Notes under the pieces: model-generated
Told to the model about the DNA's origin: nothing
Seen by the model: only the letters and a program-made list of their open reading frames with translations
Databases searched by the model: none
Translations under genes and position numbers: made by a program
Shown here: positions 1 through 11,660 of the stretch, piece by piece
Layout of the letters: each line of letters begins with the position of its first letter
How positions within the stretch are numbered: position 1 is the stretch's first letter
Source of the DNA: Camelus dromedarius
Lineage: Eukaryota
Length of the DNA: 60,000 bases
Reading direction: 5' to 3'
Assembly: GCF_036321535.1 (NCBI RefSeq)
Contig: NC_087447.1
Span: 46,564,001 to 46,624,000 of the forward strand

Positions 1-101
1 TCTTGAGCTTCTAATAAGGAAAAGTACTAAAAACCTACCATTAAATCATTCATTCATTTCTTCACTATTGATGTTTATCCTGTATACAACTTAGGTGCTA
101 G

Positions 102-103
<2 letters not shown>

Positions 104-147
<44 letters not shown>

Positions 148-154
148 GCACGCA
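104..154. repeat. (CA)n followed by (CGCA)n compound microsatellite
   Basis: Directly visible; lies within a degenerate L2 3' end (tcattcattcatt at about 47). Confidence 0.97.
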
Positions 155-2244
155 AAAGAACATCTGCCTTCAAAAAGCTTAAATTTCATTTTTTGTTTCA
201 CTGTTGTAGATGAAGCCATTTTTTGACAAATTAATTTGCTTCTATTGTTTATGTGAATTTAATATATACAAGTGATAATTTGTTTTCTTCAAGTCTCAGT
301 AATATGACTGTAGGAGATACATGGGGAGGAAGAATGAAGGAATGTTGGGTTTCTTCTTTGGTATATTTTTTCATCTATTCCAGAAAATGTTTTTTAGAAC
401 CCTGAATTGGCCCATGGCTCTTTGGGGAAAAGCTATGTTGGGCAGTAAATAATCTTTTTTTTAATTAAAATACAATCAATAGCTTTAGCAGAAAAACTAA
501 GACAAAAAACCTTACCTTTTAATGGAGAAGGCAGCTAATCAAGATATAAGGAAAGAGCTACAATCAAGGGATATACCAAGTTCTGTGGGAGCAAGATGAC
601 TAATTCTCCTTTAAGGGTTAGGGAAAGGCTTCCCAGAGAAGACTGGCTTGGCCATTGGCATGGCCTTAGAGAATATAGAACACCTGGATGCTAGAATGCT
701 GAGCCTGCACAGACAGGGCTGGAGAGGTCTCTAACGGCAGACTAAAGAGTCCTAAATTCCTAGCAGAAGAGTTGCCTTGGGATAAGAGAAATATGCTGTA
801 GGCCTGGTTGTTTCAAAAATTCTACTATCCCTCTGAGACATCTGCTCCAGGTAAAGTCCATCAAAGTCTGTAGTGGACCAAGCTCTACTCTGCACTCAAA
901 CAGACCTAATGCTCTGAGCACAAGCCTGAGACTCTACAAGAGACTTCTTTATCTTGCCTTCACACACTTCTGCTTCCTGCCTTGCACCCAGCCTCCCACA
1001 GCAGCCAGAGCCACCTTATCTGACAAAGAGCTCTGCTGGTGGATACCACCATTAATGGTCTTAAGACTTTAAACTTAAAGCCAGGCAAAATGAGAAATGG
1101 TTCAGTTCAAATGCAACCTTTAGTGGTTTAACTTTAAGCAGGCCAAAGATGAAAATAAAAGTCTTCTGACGCTGCACAAACAGAGCAAAGGAAACAGCTC
1201 ATACCAAACCACAGTCCATTCAGTGGAAGCCCCAAATCCAGTAGTCCCTGACACCCTACCCACCCATCACCAAACCCATGTTCCAGCTAGGCCCAGCCTA
1301 GGCACATAGCACAAGCAGCACTGGAAAGAAGTGTAGGGGAGCAGGTCCTCAGGCCCTTCCCTGAAGCACTATCCAAATGGAAGGGAGTAACTGGACCCTT
1401 CCCATGCCCCACCCCAATGCCACAGAATGCCAGCTCAGCCTGGCCCTTGTGGGACTTAAAAATCTGCAAAGAATCTGGCAGTGTGCAACCTGAGCACCAC
1501 AGACCACACTTCTCAGGAAATGAAGGCGACTCCTGCAGCCCACGTAATGAGACTGCCACACACAGTCTAGATATTAACGGCTATTTAAGGAGTGCTGCTC
1601 TGGAACAGAAAAACTGGGCTGAAGTCTCGCTACTAACTTGATCATACACTGTCCCACTCTCATCTCCATGCAGTCCCCCTGATGACCAAATTCCACTCTA
1701 CCTTTAAGTCCAATCCACATACTGCCTCTTCTGAGGGGAACTTCCAGCCTCCTACAGTCCTGAATGATCACCCTATTTTATCTGGATAACATTCATTCAC
1801 TCAAAAAATATGTAGCAATGTCTTTCCTGTGGCAGCACTGTTTGCTGTGGTATTGCTCTATCTCCCTCACTGGAACTCAAGTTCTTTGACAAGGCTGCCC
1901 AAGTCCTACACTTCTACTACCTAAGCCTACCAGGAATTGTCTCCAAAGGCAGCAAATGTATTACACTAGATGATTAAACGTGGACACACTCTATCTCAAG
2001 AGCCCATTGCCAATCCTCCTCCCTCTAATGCAGCCTGCACCTCTGGATCAGATCCTGTTTACCACCACTTTCTGCAGGCCTCACCTTGCTCACCACATTG
2101 ATGACTTTTCATTCCCTATGGCAGAGTTCTTCAAAGTACAGATGCTAATCCCTCAGCTAATGGATCAGCTTTTTTTTTTTCAATTATCAGAGTTTATAAG
2201 TAAGGGCATACACTATTTTATAAAAGTTTTGTTTCATTTAAAGA

Positions 2245-2473
2245 ATAGTAACAATAATTATAGCGGTTAACATTGCTGTAGCACTGTGTGTCAGGCACTG
2301 TACTAAGCACTTTCTATTTCTTATCTCATTCATCCTCACAGTAGCTCTACAAGGTATCATTATTATTATCTCCATTTTTCAGATCAAGAAACTAAGACAC
2401 AGAGAAGTAAACTAGGTTGTGGCATTTAGAGACAGTCTGGCTCCAGAGTCCAAGCTCTTAGCTACCACACTAA
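2245..2473 (-). mobile_element. MIR SINE
   Basis: Reverse-complement MIR core: tgtcaggcactgtactaagcactt...ctccatttttcagatcaagaaactaagacacagagaag...ctggctccagagtcc. Confidence 0.9.
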
Positions 2474-2784
2474 CCTGCAGAGTACAAAAAGGGCTTTTAT
2501 ACACATATATGCACACCTGTACACAGGGCTTAAAAACACTTCGCGTGATAGTATCTCTTGTAAATAAAGTCCAAACGTCTGTCTCCTTAGCTTTACTTCT
2601 CACTGCTTCTTCCATGTACCCTCCACTCCCACCAGACTGACAAACTCATGAGGCCCAACCCTTCCTATAACCCTCTTCCCATCAGCCTTCTTCCAATCTT
2701 TCCCTTCCCCGTCCTAACCAACCTTTCAGGCTTACCTCCTCTAGGAAGGCTCCTAGAAAAGGGGAGGAAGGGAATTACCACCAG

Positions 2785-2900
2785 TTTAATGCCTACCATG
2801 CATCAGACATATTACCCTCATTTAATCTTCACAACCCTGTAAGGCTGCTATCACTATGCCCATTTCACAGATAAGAAAAAAGTAGTTCAGAAGGTTAACC
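2785..2900 (-). mobile_element. MIR fragment
   Basis: ctcatttaatcttcacaaccctgtaagg...ccatttcacagataagaaaa. Confidence 0.75.
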
Positions 2901-3804
2901 TGTCAGTGGACCACAATTCTAAAATACACACTTTTTTCACTATACCTTCTAAGCCCCTTATGACCTATTCCCCATGTTTAAATACTTACAGGTATACTAT
3001 TTGATTTTGCATTTTATTAAAAACTATCATATTATTTTCCCATTTATATATGTGCTTTATCTCTCCAACTGAACTCTGAGCCTCTCACCCCAAGGGCCTC
3101 CCCTACAGCACCTAGCACAGAGACTACAGAGTTTTACCAAACCAAAGTACTAGGTCTAGGCTCAGCTAGAAGAGAAAATTATGTGTTCTGGGTAAAGCTG
3201 CTAAACACCTGTGCCTTAACCATACATAACTATTAATTAATCCCTTTTAGAGCTAAGGAAAAGGTTCTCTTAACCAAGAAAATCATATAGTGAAGCCTAT
3301 GAGTCACTCTTGTCAGCAATAATATGAAGATCCCAGAAAACAAGTAACAAAAAAAGAATTACAGTGGGTGGAGTGTTTTTTCCCTTCCCACTCTGTAGGG
3401 AACACAATTGGGATGATGCTCTCTAAAGAGTGCACACAACTTCAACTATAGAATAAGGGAATCCCAAAGGAAAGGCTAGCAAAAACCAGCCAATCCTAAA
3501 GTCACTCACAGAAAGCCTCTAGAGGGCTTAGACTATGGTAGCAAAATACTGGCCAAGGAAACAGAGAATGTAGACTCCAGTTCTGGTTCACTCATTTAGT
3601 CAACAATATTTATTGAAAGTAATACCAGTCAATTTAGTGTGTAATCTAGACAAGAAAGTTACTTAACTTCTCTGGATCTCAACTCCTTCACCTCTAAAAA
3701 GAGCTTAATAAGTACTTTCTTGTCCATTTCATAAGGTGTCGAGAGGGTCAAATGAGAAAAGGACAGATCATCATCAGGGACAAAGTATAAGATTGTATTT
3801 TTTT

Positions 3805-4006
3805 AACATTTTTTATTGAGTTAATAGTCATTTTACAATGTGGTGTCAAATTCCAGTGTAGAGCACAATTTTTCAGTTATACATGAGCATACATGTATTC
3901 ATTGTCACATTTTTCTCCACTGTGAGCTACCTTAAGATCTTGTATATATTTCCCTGTGCTATACAGTATAATCTTGTTTATCTATTCTACATTTTGAAAT
4001 CTCAGG
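3805..4006 (-). mobile_element. 5'-truncated young (camelid-type) L1 3' end with TSD
   Basis: tttttattgagttaatagtcattttacaatg...tttccctgtgctatacagta, near-identical to copies at 34.3 kb and 39.3 kb. Flanking direct repeat ttgtatttttttaa at 3793-3806 and 4007-4020; TTTT/AA endonuclease site. Confidence 0.9.
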
Positions 4007-5442
4007 TTGTATTTTTTTAATTGTGGTAAAGCACACATAATATAAGAGGCTCTATTACATATGCACTTCTCTGGCCTAAGGGGAGAACCGCGGTGGGGAG
4101 AAATGGGAAATGAGATCAGTGGTAACCTCAACTGTGTCACAGTCACCCACTTTCCTGACTCTCTGCTGGGCCTGTAAGATTTCCAGGAATCACTGTACAA
4201 AGTCAGTTCTAGAATCTTCAGGGCAGAAAGGCCTAGAAGACTCACAGAATCTCAGAGTTAGATGGGCCTTTTGGATGAAACTCATCCTAACCCCCACCCA
4301 TTTCTCATCTTTCTTCCAGCTCATCACTAGATAACCATGATGGCACTGCCTATGTGTATATTTTCTGAGAGCCTCAGATATCAAGCAACATTTTATAAGC
4401 CAGATTATCTAGTTTCCATAACTATATTTATTTTCTTATTGCTATCTCTGAGTCTTCAGAAAATTCTGAACTAAACATTCTGTGTAGGATTCAGTTACAT
4501 GAAAATACGAAAAGTTCCTATGCCCAACTTGGACCCAAACATAAAAGAAAAGCAATACCTGGCTGAAGCTAGTATGTTAATAGTGCAGATATTGAGTAAG
4601 AGTCCCTCCATGGAGGAAAGGGTTTCAAAATCCAGGTTTGGATGACATGGTCCAGTTGGCCCTTCTCACATCTTCTAATGTTAACCTTACTCATTCTGAA
4701 TGGCGGTCTTATTAAGAAATTCAGCATTTCTTCACAGAGGCCCTAGGCAGCTAGTCTCTGTTTAATAGTTGTAATGTTAAAGCAATTGTATTTCTGGGTT
4801 GTCCACTCCAAATGGCAGGGAGTTATAATAGTTTGAAAAATCTTCCTTGTTTATTAACAGGTAACAAGATTAAACAACAATTTGAATTACTTTAGTTAGA
4901 GAAAAACTGCTATTTTGAAAGTTCTCAGCCCCTCTGTCATGGAAACATCAAGTCATCCTCAGCAGACCCTTATTCTTGCAGGTCTTTTTACCCACCTTGT
5001 AACTATATAAATATAAAGCAAGTGGGCACACATTATCCTTGGGGAAAAGGATACACCATGATATTTTGTGACTTGGCAAAGACTGTTCCTAATACCCCTT
5101 GGTATGCAAAACTGGGAAAATGAATACAAATATGCACAGAGTCCAAAGCCCTCCCAGACCAAAGACTGAAACCTTGACCACTTTTTTTTGAGGTTCAATA
5201 TTATTAGAATTTCTCTGACAGATTTTAAGTCAAGTTAAAGATAGTAAGGGACAGTAAGAGCCTACAGTAAGCGCTCACACTTAGGAAAGAGAAAGTCTGA
5301 ATGGGTGTTCCAAGCTCAATACTATAACCAAAAAAATCATGGAAGAAGACTTTGTTCTGGAACTGAAATGTAGCTAAATCTAGAAATACTTCTAGACTCA
5401 GCCAACTAGAAATTGGAGGAGGTCCCTTCTCCCATGGATGGG

Positions 5443-5471
5443 CATACACACACACACATACACACACACAT
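5443..5471. repeat. Interrupted (CA)n microsatellite
   Basis: catacacacacacacatacacacacacat. Confidence 0.9.
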
Positions 5472-5636
5472 AAACTTAAGAGCACTCACTTGGAGAGGTC
5501 AAGCACAGTGAGGCCTAGGCCAAGTGTGACACTGATGGAGCACTATCATCCTCCCTCAAAGAACCACTGTAACTTATGCAGAACCAAGTCCTCATGGCTA
5601 CAGTAAATAAGGAAACAGCATACTGTGAGATGTCTG

Positions 5637-5767
5637 TTTTTATTTTTTATTCTTTTTTTTTAACTCTTTTTTTGGGAAGAGGCAATTAGGTTTTTACTTA
5701 TTTATTTTAATAGAGGTACTGGGGATTGAACCCAGGAACTCGTGAATGGTAGGCACGTATCCTCCCC
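5637..5767 (-). mobile_element. tRNA-derived SINE (camelid vic-1-like), internally deleted
   Basis: T-rich tail, then gaggtactggggattgaacccagg (reverse complement of B box GGTTCAATCCC), ending cctcccc; A-box region missing. Confidence 0.8.
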
Positions 5768-5801
5768 ATTGAGACATATGTTTTTTAAAGCCACACTGTG
5801 T

Positions 5802-5852
5802 ACCACAATAAAGGCATTTAAAAAAAAAAAAGGATAAATAATTAAATAAATA
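5802..5852 (+). mobile_element. Very short poly(A)-tailed retro-insertion of unknown source
   Basis: accacAATAAAggcattt plus A-tail, flanked by 15-bp direct repeats aaagccacactgtgt (5787-5801) and aaagccacactatgt (5853-5867), preceded by tttttt. Confidence 0.7.
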
Positions 5853-6789
5853 AAAGCCACACTATGTGATCAACAGAAGCTAAAATATGGGGCAAAAAAC
5901 CAGACCCATATGATTCTCTAGTCCTCTATTTGGAACTAAGCCTGACCCCTCAGAGTTCCTGAATACACCAGAAAGAAAGAGGGAGAAGAAAAGGCCCCAA
6001 GAGAAACATACTACATTTCCTGATAATTTCGTACTCATTCAAGAGATTAATCTTAATATTGAAAACATCTAACCTTATTCATACTGCAAACCAATGACAA
6101 GTTGATGAGGTATGTCATATCCATTGAACTTTAATTTTTCCAAAATATGCTACACTGGCCTACCCATGGGCTTCTAATCATGACTTCTGAAGCCACACAG
6201 AAACACAAGTTGATCTCTTTCAAAGAACAGCCTCTCAAGGCTATCAAGACAATGATTATTTTGTCTTCAGGACCTCCAAACCTGGCTCCTTCAACCCCTC
6301 TTCAGAGGACTAGACTTCAAGGCCACTCTCCATTCTGCCTCCTTTACATGTACTCTTGCCTGTCCACATTGCCCTTATAGTGCCTAGCCCTGAACTAGTG
6401 CAGCCTACCACAGAGAGCAGTCTCAGAGCATATGAGAGTACTGTGTCTTCTTATCAGCAATATTTCTATACCTCATAATGTAAGCCTAGGAGCCAGTCTC
6501 TTTTTCAGACACAATGTTATTCCCTGTAAGGAGATTCCCTAGTCCACCCCGTTCTTCACAGGCCTGGAGAGGCAAAGACTAGGCATGAGGCAAGTAGCTC
6601 TGCCTGCTGTGGTCCTAGGATTCTAGGAGTACTGATAGCTGTTCCATCCCTCCCCACCGCCTACCTCAGGACTTCTTGCTCCCCAAGATCCCTTTAGTGC
6701 TTAGACTTTCAGCCTATGACATTTTATTCCTTAATGCACTTGTCCACCAGGGCAAGATGGGTCATGACGGGACCACAAAAGAAGAAATG

Positions 6790-7195
6790 GCAGGCAGGAT
6801 AGCACAGTAGTTACATGGGCTCTGGAGTTAGACAAGCTGGGTTCAAATCCTGGTTCTATCACTTACTAGCCATGAGACCTTGAACAAAACACTTAACCCC
6901 TCTCTACCTCAGTTTTCCCCTCTGCAGAATGAGGATAATAATAGTACCCATTGATGGAAATGTCCTATACCTGGATTGCAGGGGAGAGGTTACAGAGTAT
7001 ATATATATTTGTCAAAACACAAACTGAACACTTAAAATGTACATTTTACTCTATGTAAATTATATCTTAATAAAATCAATTTGAAAGGTAAAAATAATAT
7101 AGTAACTACTCATGGAGGATTGTGAGGATGAAAAGAATTTTAAAATACCTAAAATAGTTCCAGAAATCATAGTAAGCACTAAAGAAATGTTACCG
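6790..7195 (+). mobile_element. MIR split by an old L1 3' fragment
   Basis: MIR 5' half (gggctctggagttagac...gggttcaaatcc...cctcagttttcccctctgcagaatgagg) stops at about 6950 and resumes at about 7092. Confidence 0.85.
6951..7091 (+). mobile_element. Old L1M 3' UTR fragment
   Basis: gatggaaatgtcctatacctggattg...tgtcaaaac...cacttaaaatg...tgtaaattatatcttaataaaa; degenerate ataat(a)tagta repeat on both sides. Confidence 0.8.
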
Positions 7196-7684
7196 ATTTG
7201 TAATGGAGTTTTGCAATGCTGCTCACAATCTCTGTGTCCTGTGATTGTGCTGGGGAGCAAGGGAGGGGTCTGAAAACCGAAAGCATCCTCAGCTAGCTGA
7301 GATGTGGTATTTTCCCAGGAGTTTCATTACAGACCTGGCTTTCACCAGTGTTACAAACCACACCTCTTCCATGCTTCAGCCAAGGTTGCGTTTAACACTA
7401 GGAAAGCCAAACCACAGGATTCATCATCAAAACCAAAGATATTCCAGTGAAATTGGGAGGGATCTGCTTTCTTTAGTCTTTTTCTGGCTCAACCCATGAT
7501 GTCTTCCTGGGCCAACTAGGTTTTTATTCAGTCCTTCACCAAGTCTTCCCTGAATATCTTCTTTGCCCAGCCTATGCAAGAGCTAGGGAGTGACAGAAGG
7601 AAAAGATATTAAGTTTCCTGGCTTCCTCACCCTCACCAAATTCACAATCTACAGGAATTACAAATAGAAAGAGGAAACTGATAT

Positions 7685-7830
7685 GAGAGGCAACGAAGTA
7701 TAATGAAGAGAGCACTCTGCAGGGAGACGGACAACCAGTGTCTAGCCTCAGCTGACACTTACTAGTCACATGATCGTGAGCTAGTCCCATGACCATTGTG
7801 AACCTCAGTTTCCTCCCCTATAAAATGAAG
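7685..7830 (+). mobile_element. MIR fragment
   Basis: cacttactagtcacatgatc...gaacctcagtttcctcccctataaaatg. Confidence 0.7.
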
Positions 7831-8095
7831 GGCTAAGAACAAACAATCTCACAGTCTGTGGCCTGATGATGGTAGAAAAATAAGTGTAATAGGACTTGTT
7901 TCAGGCTCTCAGCCCTGTGAGAAACCCCAGGGTGAGCCAAGTGAGTTAATTTAGAAGAAGAATCGATTGTCTTAGATCCAGAATGCAATTAGGGGAGTGC
8001 CTCACTTGCTATAGCTGCTGCAGCAACAGTCATGATCTGGAGGAGATCCCTTTCAGCTGCTATTACAGGGAACGGGTTCACTTCCATTTTCTCAC

Positions 8096-8207
8096 CTTAT
8101 ACTGCCCCACAGGGCCAAGCCAGAGAATGAAGGATTCAGGATGCCAAAAGTGGCTCATTTCTGGCATTTCCTCCCAATTCATTCCCTGGATCAGGCCCAG
8201 AAGAGCA
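8096..8207 (-). other. Candidate internal exon (112 nt) of an unidentified minus-strand transcript
   Basis: Minus strand: ctttgcctgctttgccttaccttgcccttcacctcacAG|TGCTCTT...TATAAG|GTgaga, in apparently unique sequence. Confidence 0.35.
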
Positions 8208-8479
8208 CTGTGAGGTGAAGGGCAAGGTAAGGCAAAGCAGGCAAAGATGACATCTGTGGAGCACGACACTGTTCTCTTTGGAAGTCAGCTACTGCAATGC
8301 ATGTCTGAAGGACTATGGGACCTGAAAGATACACAGTACAGTGAATTATGCAAGAGAATTTTTTTTTCATTTATGGAGGTACACAAGACGGTTGTACAAC
8401 CATCTACTGCTAGTTCAGTGAAGTTCAGTTTGACAATTCTTGCACTCTAGCCTCCCTCAGGTCCTAAAGAGAGATGAAA

Positions 8480-8850
8480 CTGACTCAGTCTCTTGCTCTT
8501 AAGGGGCTCAAGATGTGGACAGGGAAACAGTTAAGAGAGTAATCATGGTACAACAGAAAACTTCACAGAGTGCTGTAGAGGCACAAAGTAGCTGTGCTTA
8601 CCTCCACAGAGAGAAGAGATCAAAGGCAGTATTGCTGAAAAGGTGACATCTAAACCAGGTCTTGAAAGGATGAGGAGGTATTCATGGGGTAGAGAAGAGG
8701 GAAAAGGACATTTTCCCTCTTCTCTAGGGATGAGAAGGGCAGAGAGAACAGCATGTGTGAAGATGTGAGATATGAAATAGCCTATCATACTTCAGGACCT
8801 GCAAGCAGTCTGGCAGAGTTGGAACACAAGCTAGGTGACTGCAGAGGCCT
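8480..8850 (-). mobile_element. L2 fragment
   Basis: Typical antisense L2 text: ctcttgctcttaaggggctc...aggtgacatctaaaccaggtcttgaaaggatgagg...gagaacagcatgtgtgaag. Confidence 0.7.
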
Positions 8851-9599
8851 TGTGTTATTTAGACCCCACTTCTCAAACAGGACTGCAAAGACACCAAGAG
8901 AAAGGAAGGTAAGAAAGAGTACTGAAAAGCAGGTGAGGCAGCAAATATATACTCCACCTCCTCTCCTGCCTTTCCCCAGGCTCTGCCTTACACAGCCCTC
9001 TCCCACACCACACACCCTCCTGATAACTCTGGAAAGGAAATACCCTCCCCACTCGAAGGTCAGTAGCTCCAGAATCCTCAGATGAAAAGGCAGGTCATCT
9101 CCTAAAAAAGAGAAACAAGAACCACAAGCACCTAGAAAAGGGACATTAGATACTAGTTTACGGAGATCCAACCAACCCTAGCATCCATGCAACTGAGAAA
9201 GGCTGAAGGAATCTCATCCCATCACCCAAGCCCAGATACAGTGTCTTTTTCACCCAAACATCTCTAGTGAGCCATCTCCAGCTTCCGTCCTACTGTGGGA
9301 GAATGAGAATGCTGTAGGAGCTCGAGTAAGGCAGCTCAACAAATCCAGAGCTGACTTATCCTTTAAAATGACTTTAGCTACAGTTTATATTGCTGCCTTA
9401 TGCTAAACACAAAAATAAATTTTAGATTAAAAAAAAAAGAAAAGACTCTAGAGTATCTCCTAAGCAGGACACATTCCTGAGCCTCAGCCATGCTGAGAAT
9501 CCTTAAGTTACTAACAAAGAGCAGCCAGGTAGACAAGTCAAAGTAGACAAGGAAGCCATGGAAACAAGATTACACCCAAGACCTGAAGTCTGTGACCAC

Positions 9600-9815
9600 A
9601 CTGGGAAACAGCTGGGAGTAGAGAGAAGCATGGACTTCGGTCAGACTCGAGCTCTAATCCCAAGCCACCACTCATCAGCTTCACTGAACCTTCTAGTCTT
9701 CTCGTCTGTAAATGAGAATAATAATAGTATTTACCTCAAGGCATTACTGGGATTATCAAATAAAGTACAGAATATAAACTACTAGCTTGAGGCACACAGT
9801 CAGTGTTTAAATAAC
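9600..9815 (+). mobile_element. MIR SINE
   Basis: agcatggacttcggtcagac...tcttctcgtctgtaaatgagaataataatagtatttacctc...ggcacacagt. Confidence 0.8.
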
Positions 9816-10569
9816 TTCCCTTTAACCAGAGCCACAACGATGCACTGTTGCACAATTAGGGAGGAGTGGCCCCAGTCACAACACAGTCTATACGAACAGC
9901 ACACCCTGGAGTTAGGCAATGCACAGTCCAAAGCAGCCAGCCACTTCGACTTTGGTCTATAAGCAGTGCCAAAACTCAGAAAAACAAAGATAAAATACTA
10001 ACATCAAGTGCATTCAAGACAACAGATGGGTCTGAGACCTTACAATTAATCTAAATAACAACTATGAGACACCAAGGACATAGAGTTCTAAAAACCTCAG
10101 CACCTCCTTCCCAGCCATCCTCTCTGCTCCCACTGGAGTAAAAGCCAATTCCTGGACCTCCATTATCCTCAAGTCTGTAGGTGAACTTTATCAACCAAGG
10201 ATTGGCCAAGTGCAAAGCCAGGGATGAAAGCAAATACTGCACGTTTCCAGCTGAGATCTATGTCCTCTCTGCTTGACAGCTAGGCCAAACACTCAAGGGC
10301 AGGCAGTGTCTCTTAAGGTGTTAAGTCTTGTCACATGGGACCCAGAAGATTGAATCCAAGACCTAGGGTAACCTTATTACCCTGGTTACCTAGGAGTAAC
10401 ACCACTGCTCCTGAGCTTCTCCAGGGCAGATAGGGACCATGTCTGATTGTTTCATGTGTCCTCAGACCCCAGCACAGCATATGATACAATCCACCAGCTA
10501 TAAATGATTGCTTAATAAGTAAACCAACATGGACAAGGCCTTATCCCCATCACCTGATCTCTATGTCTC

Positions 10570-10950
10570 TGCATATACTCTACCTGCTGCCTAGAATTAA
10601 CTTTCTTAACTCCATTTACTTGGCTGTTTTTTTTCTCATTTCTCAGGTCTCAACTTAAATGTCATCTACTAAGGTAATATGAGCTCTTTCCTGATGCCCT
10701 AAACAATATTAAGTTCCTTTACAATGTGTACCCTCTCATCGTATCCCTTATTTCTACTTCATGACAGTCATCAGACTTCATTGTGATTGTTTCATTTTTG
10801 CCTTATCTGCTAAGCTGTCTGCTCCAGGAGAGCAGGAATCATACTGTCTTGTTCATTATACTGATTTCCAGGGCCTACTACAGTACCTGGCACAGAGGGA
10901 GTGTCCAATATGTTAGAATGACTGAACACATGAATGAAGGAATGAAGGGA
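10570..10950 (+). mobile_element. L2 3' end
   Basis: ctcaggtctcaacttaaatgtcatc...gctccaggagagcagg...cagtacctggcacagag...gaatgaaggaatga. Confidence 0.8.
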
Positions 10951-11489
10951 TGAGAGAGCTCCAGTCCAAAGTGACTAGAGTAACTGGGGATTCAAAACGG
11001 TCTCCTCAGCCTTAAGCTGTCAATTGTTATTTTTTTTATTAGAATCTTAATGGAGCCTACAAATATCCATACATGGAAGACAGCAGATTTGATGAACAAT
11101 AGAACAAAGAACAGTTTGTATGATAGAAAGTAAGAAGAGATAGAGTAGGGGTTATGAAGCAGAAACCCCACCTCTGAGTGCCTTGAATGCCATGCTAGGG
11201 AATGTGGTTTATTAGCCTGCAGGATGGCCACTATCTGACCTGGGTTCACTAAGTGTACAGGGGCCCATGGTAGGTACTATCCTGCGATAGCCATCCTTTG
11301 AGTTCCCTTCAATGCCCACAGACTGGTAGCCTTCTTCTCCTCCCTCCAGGTTCACGCCCATTTCTCTGAGCTATATGGGATCATTCAATAACACAAGTGT
11401 CCCCAAGGATAGTTTGTCCAAATTATCTCAGCCCAATTTTACTAAAGAAAGCTGTAAATATGGAAGCTGTCATTTAGGAACAACAAGAT

Positions 11490-11660
11490 CAGAAGGCTGT
11501 GTGTTTAGCTGTGTGACAGGAGGTTACATAACCAAGCTTTCTGAGTTTTACTAATCTCGTCTATAAAAGAATAATACCCATCTCACAAGGTTATAGGGAA
11601 CATTGAGATAACACATGCAAAGGGCCTAGTACAGTGTCTTTCATCTAGTGAGGATCCAAT
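11490..11660 (+). mobile_element. MIR fragment
   Basis: tagctgtgtgac...ctcgtctataaaaagaataatacccatctcacaaggtt...catgcaaagggcctagtacagtg. Confidence 0.75.

Noticed and set aside
4841..4866. Plus-strand pyrimidine tract with AG|GTAAC (also 32961-32984)
   Set aside because: Recursive-site-like, but on the strand opposite the inferred host and expected by chance.
5940..5995. Strong minus-strand acceptor (AG at 5959-5960)
   Set aside because: No credible donor within exon distance.
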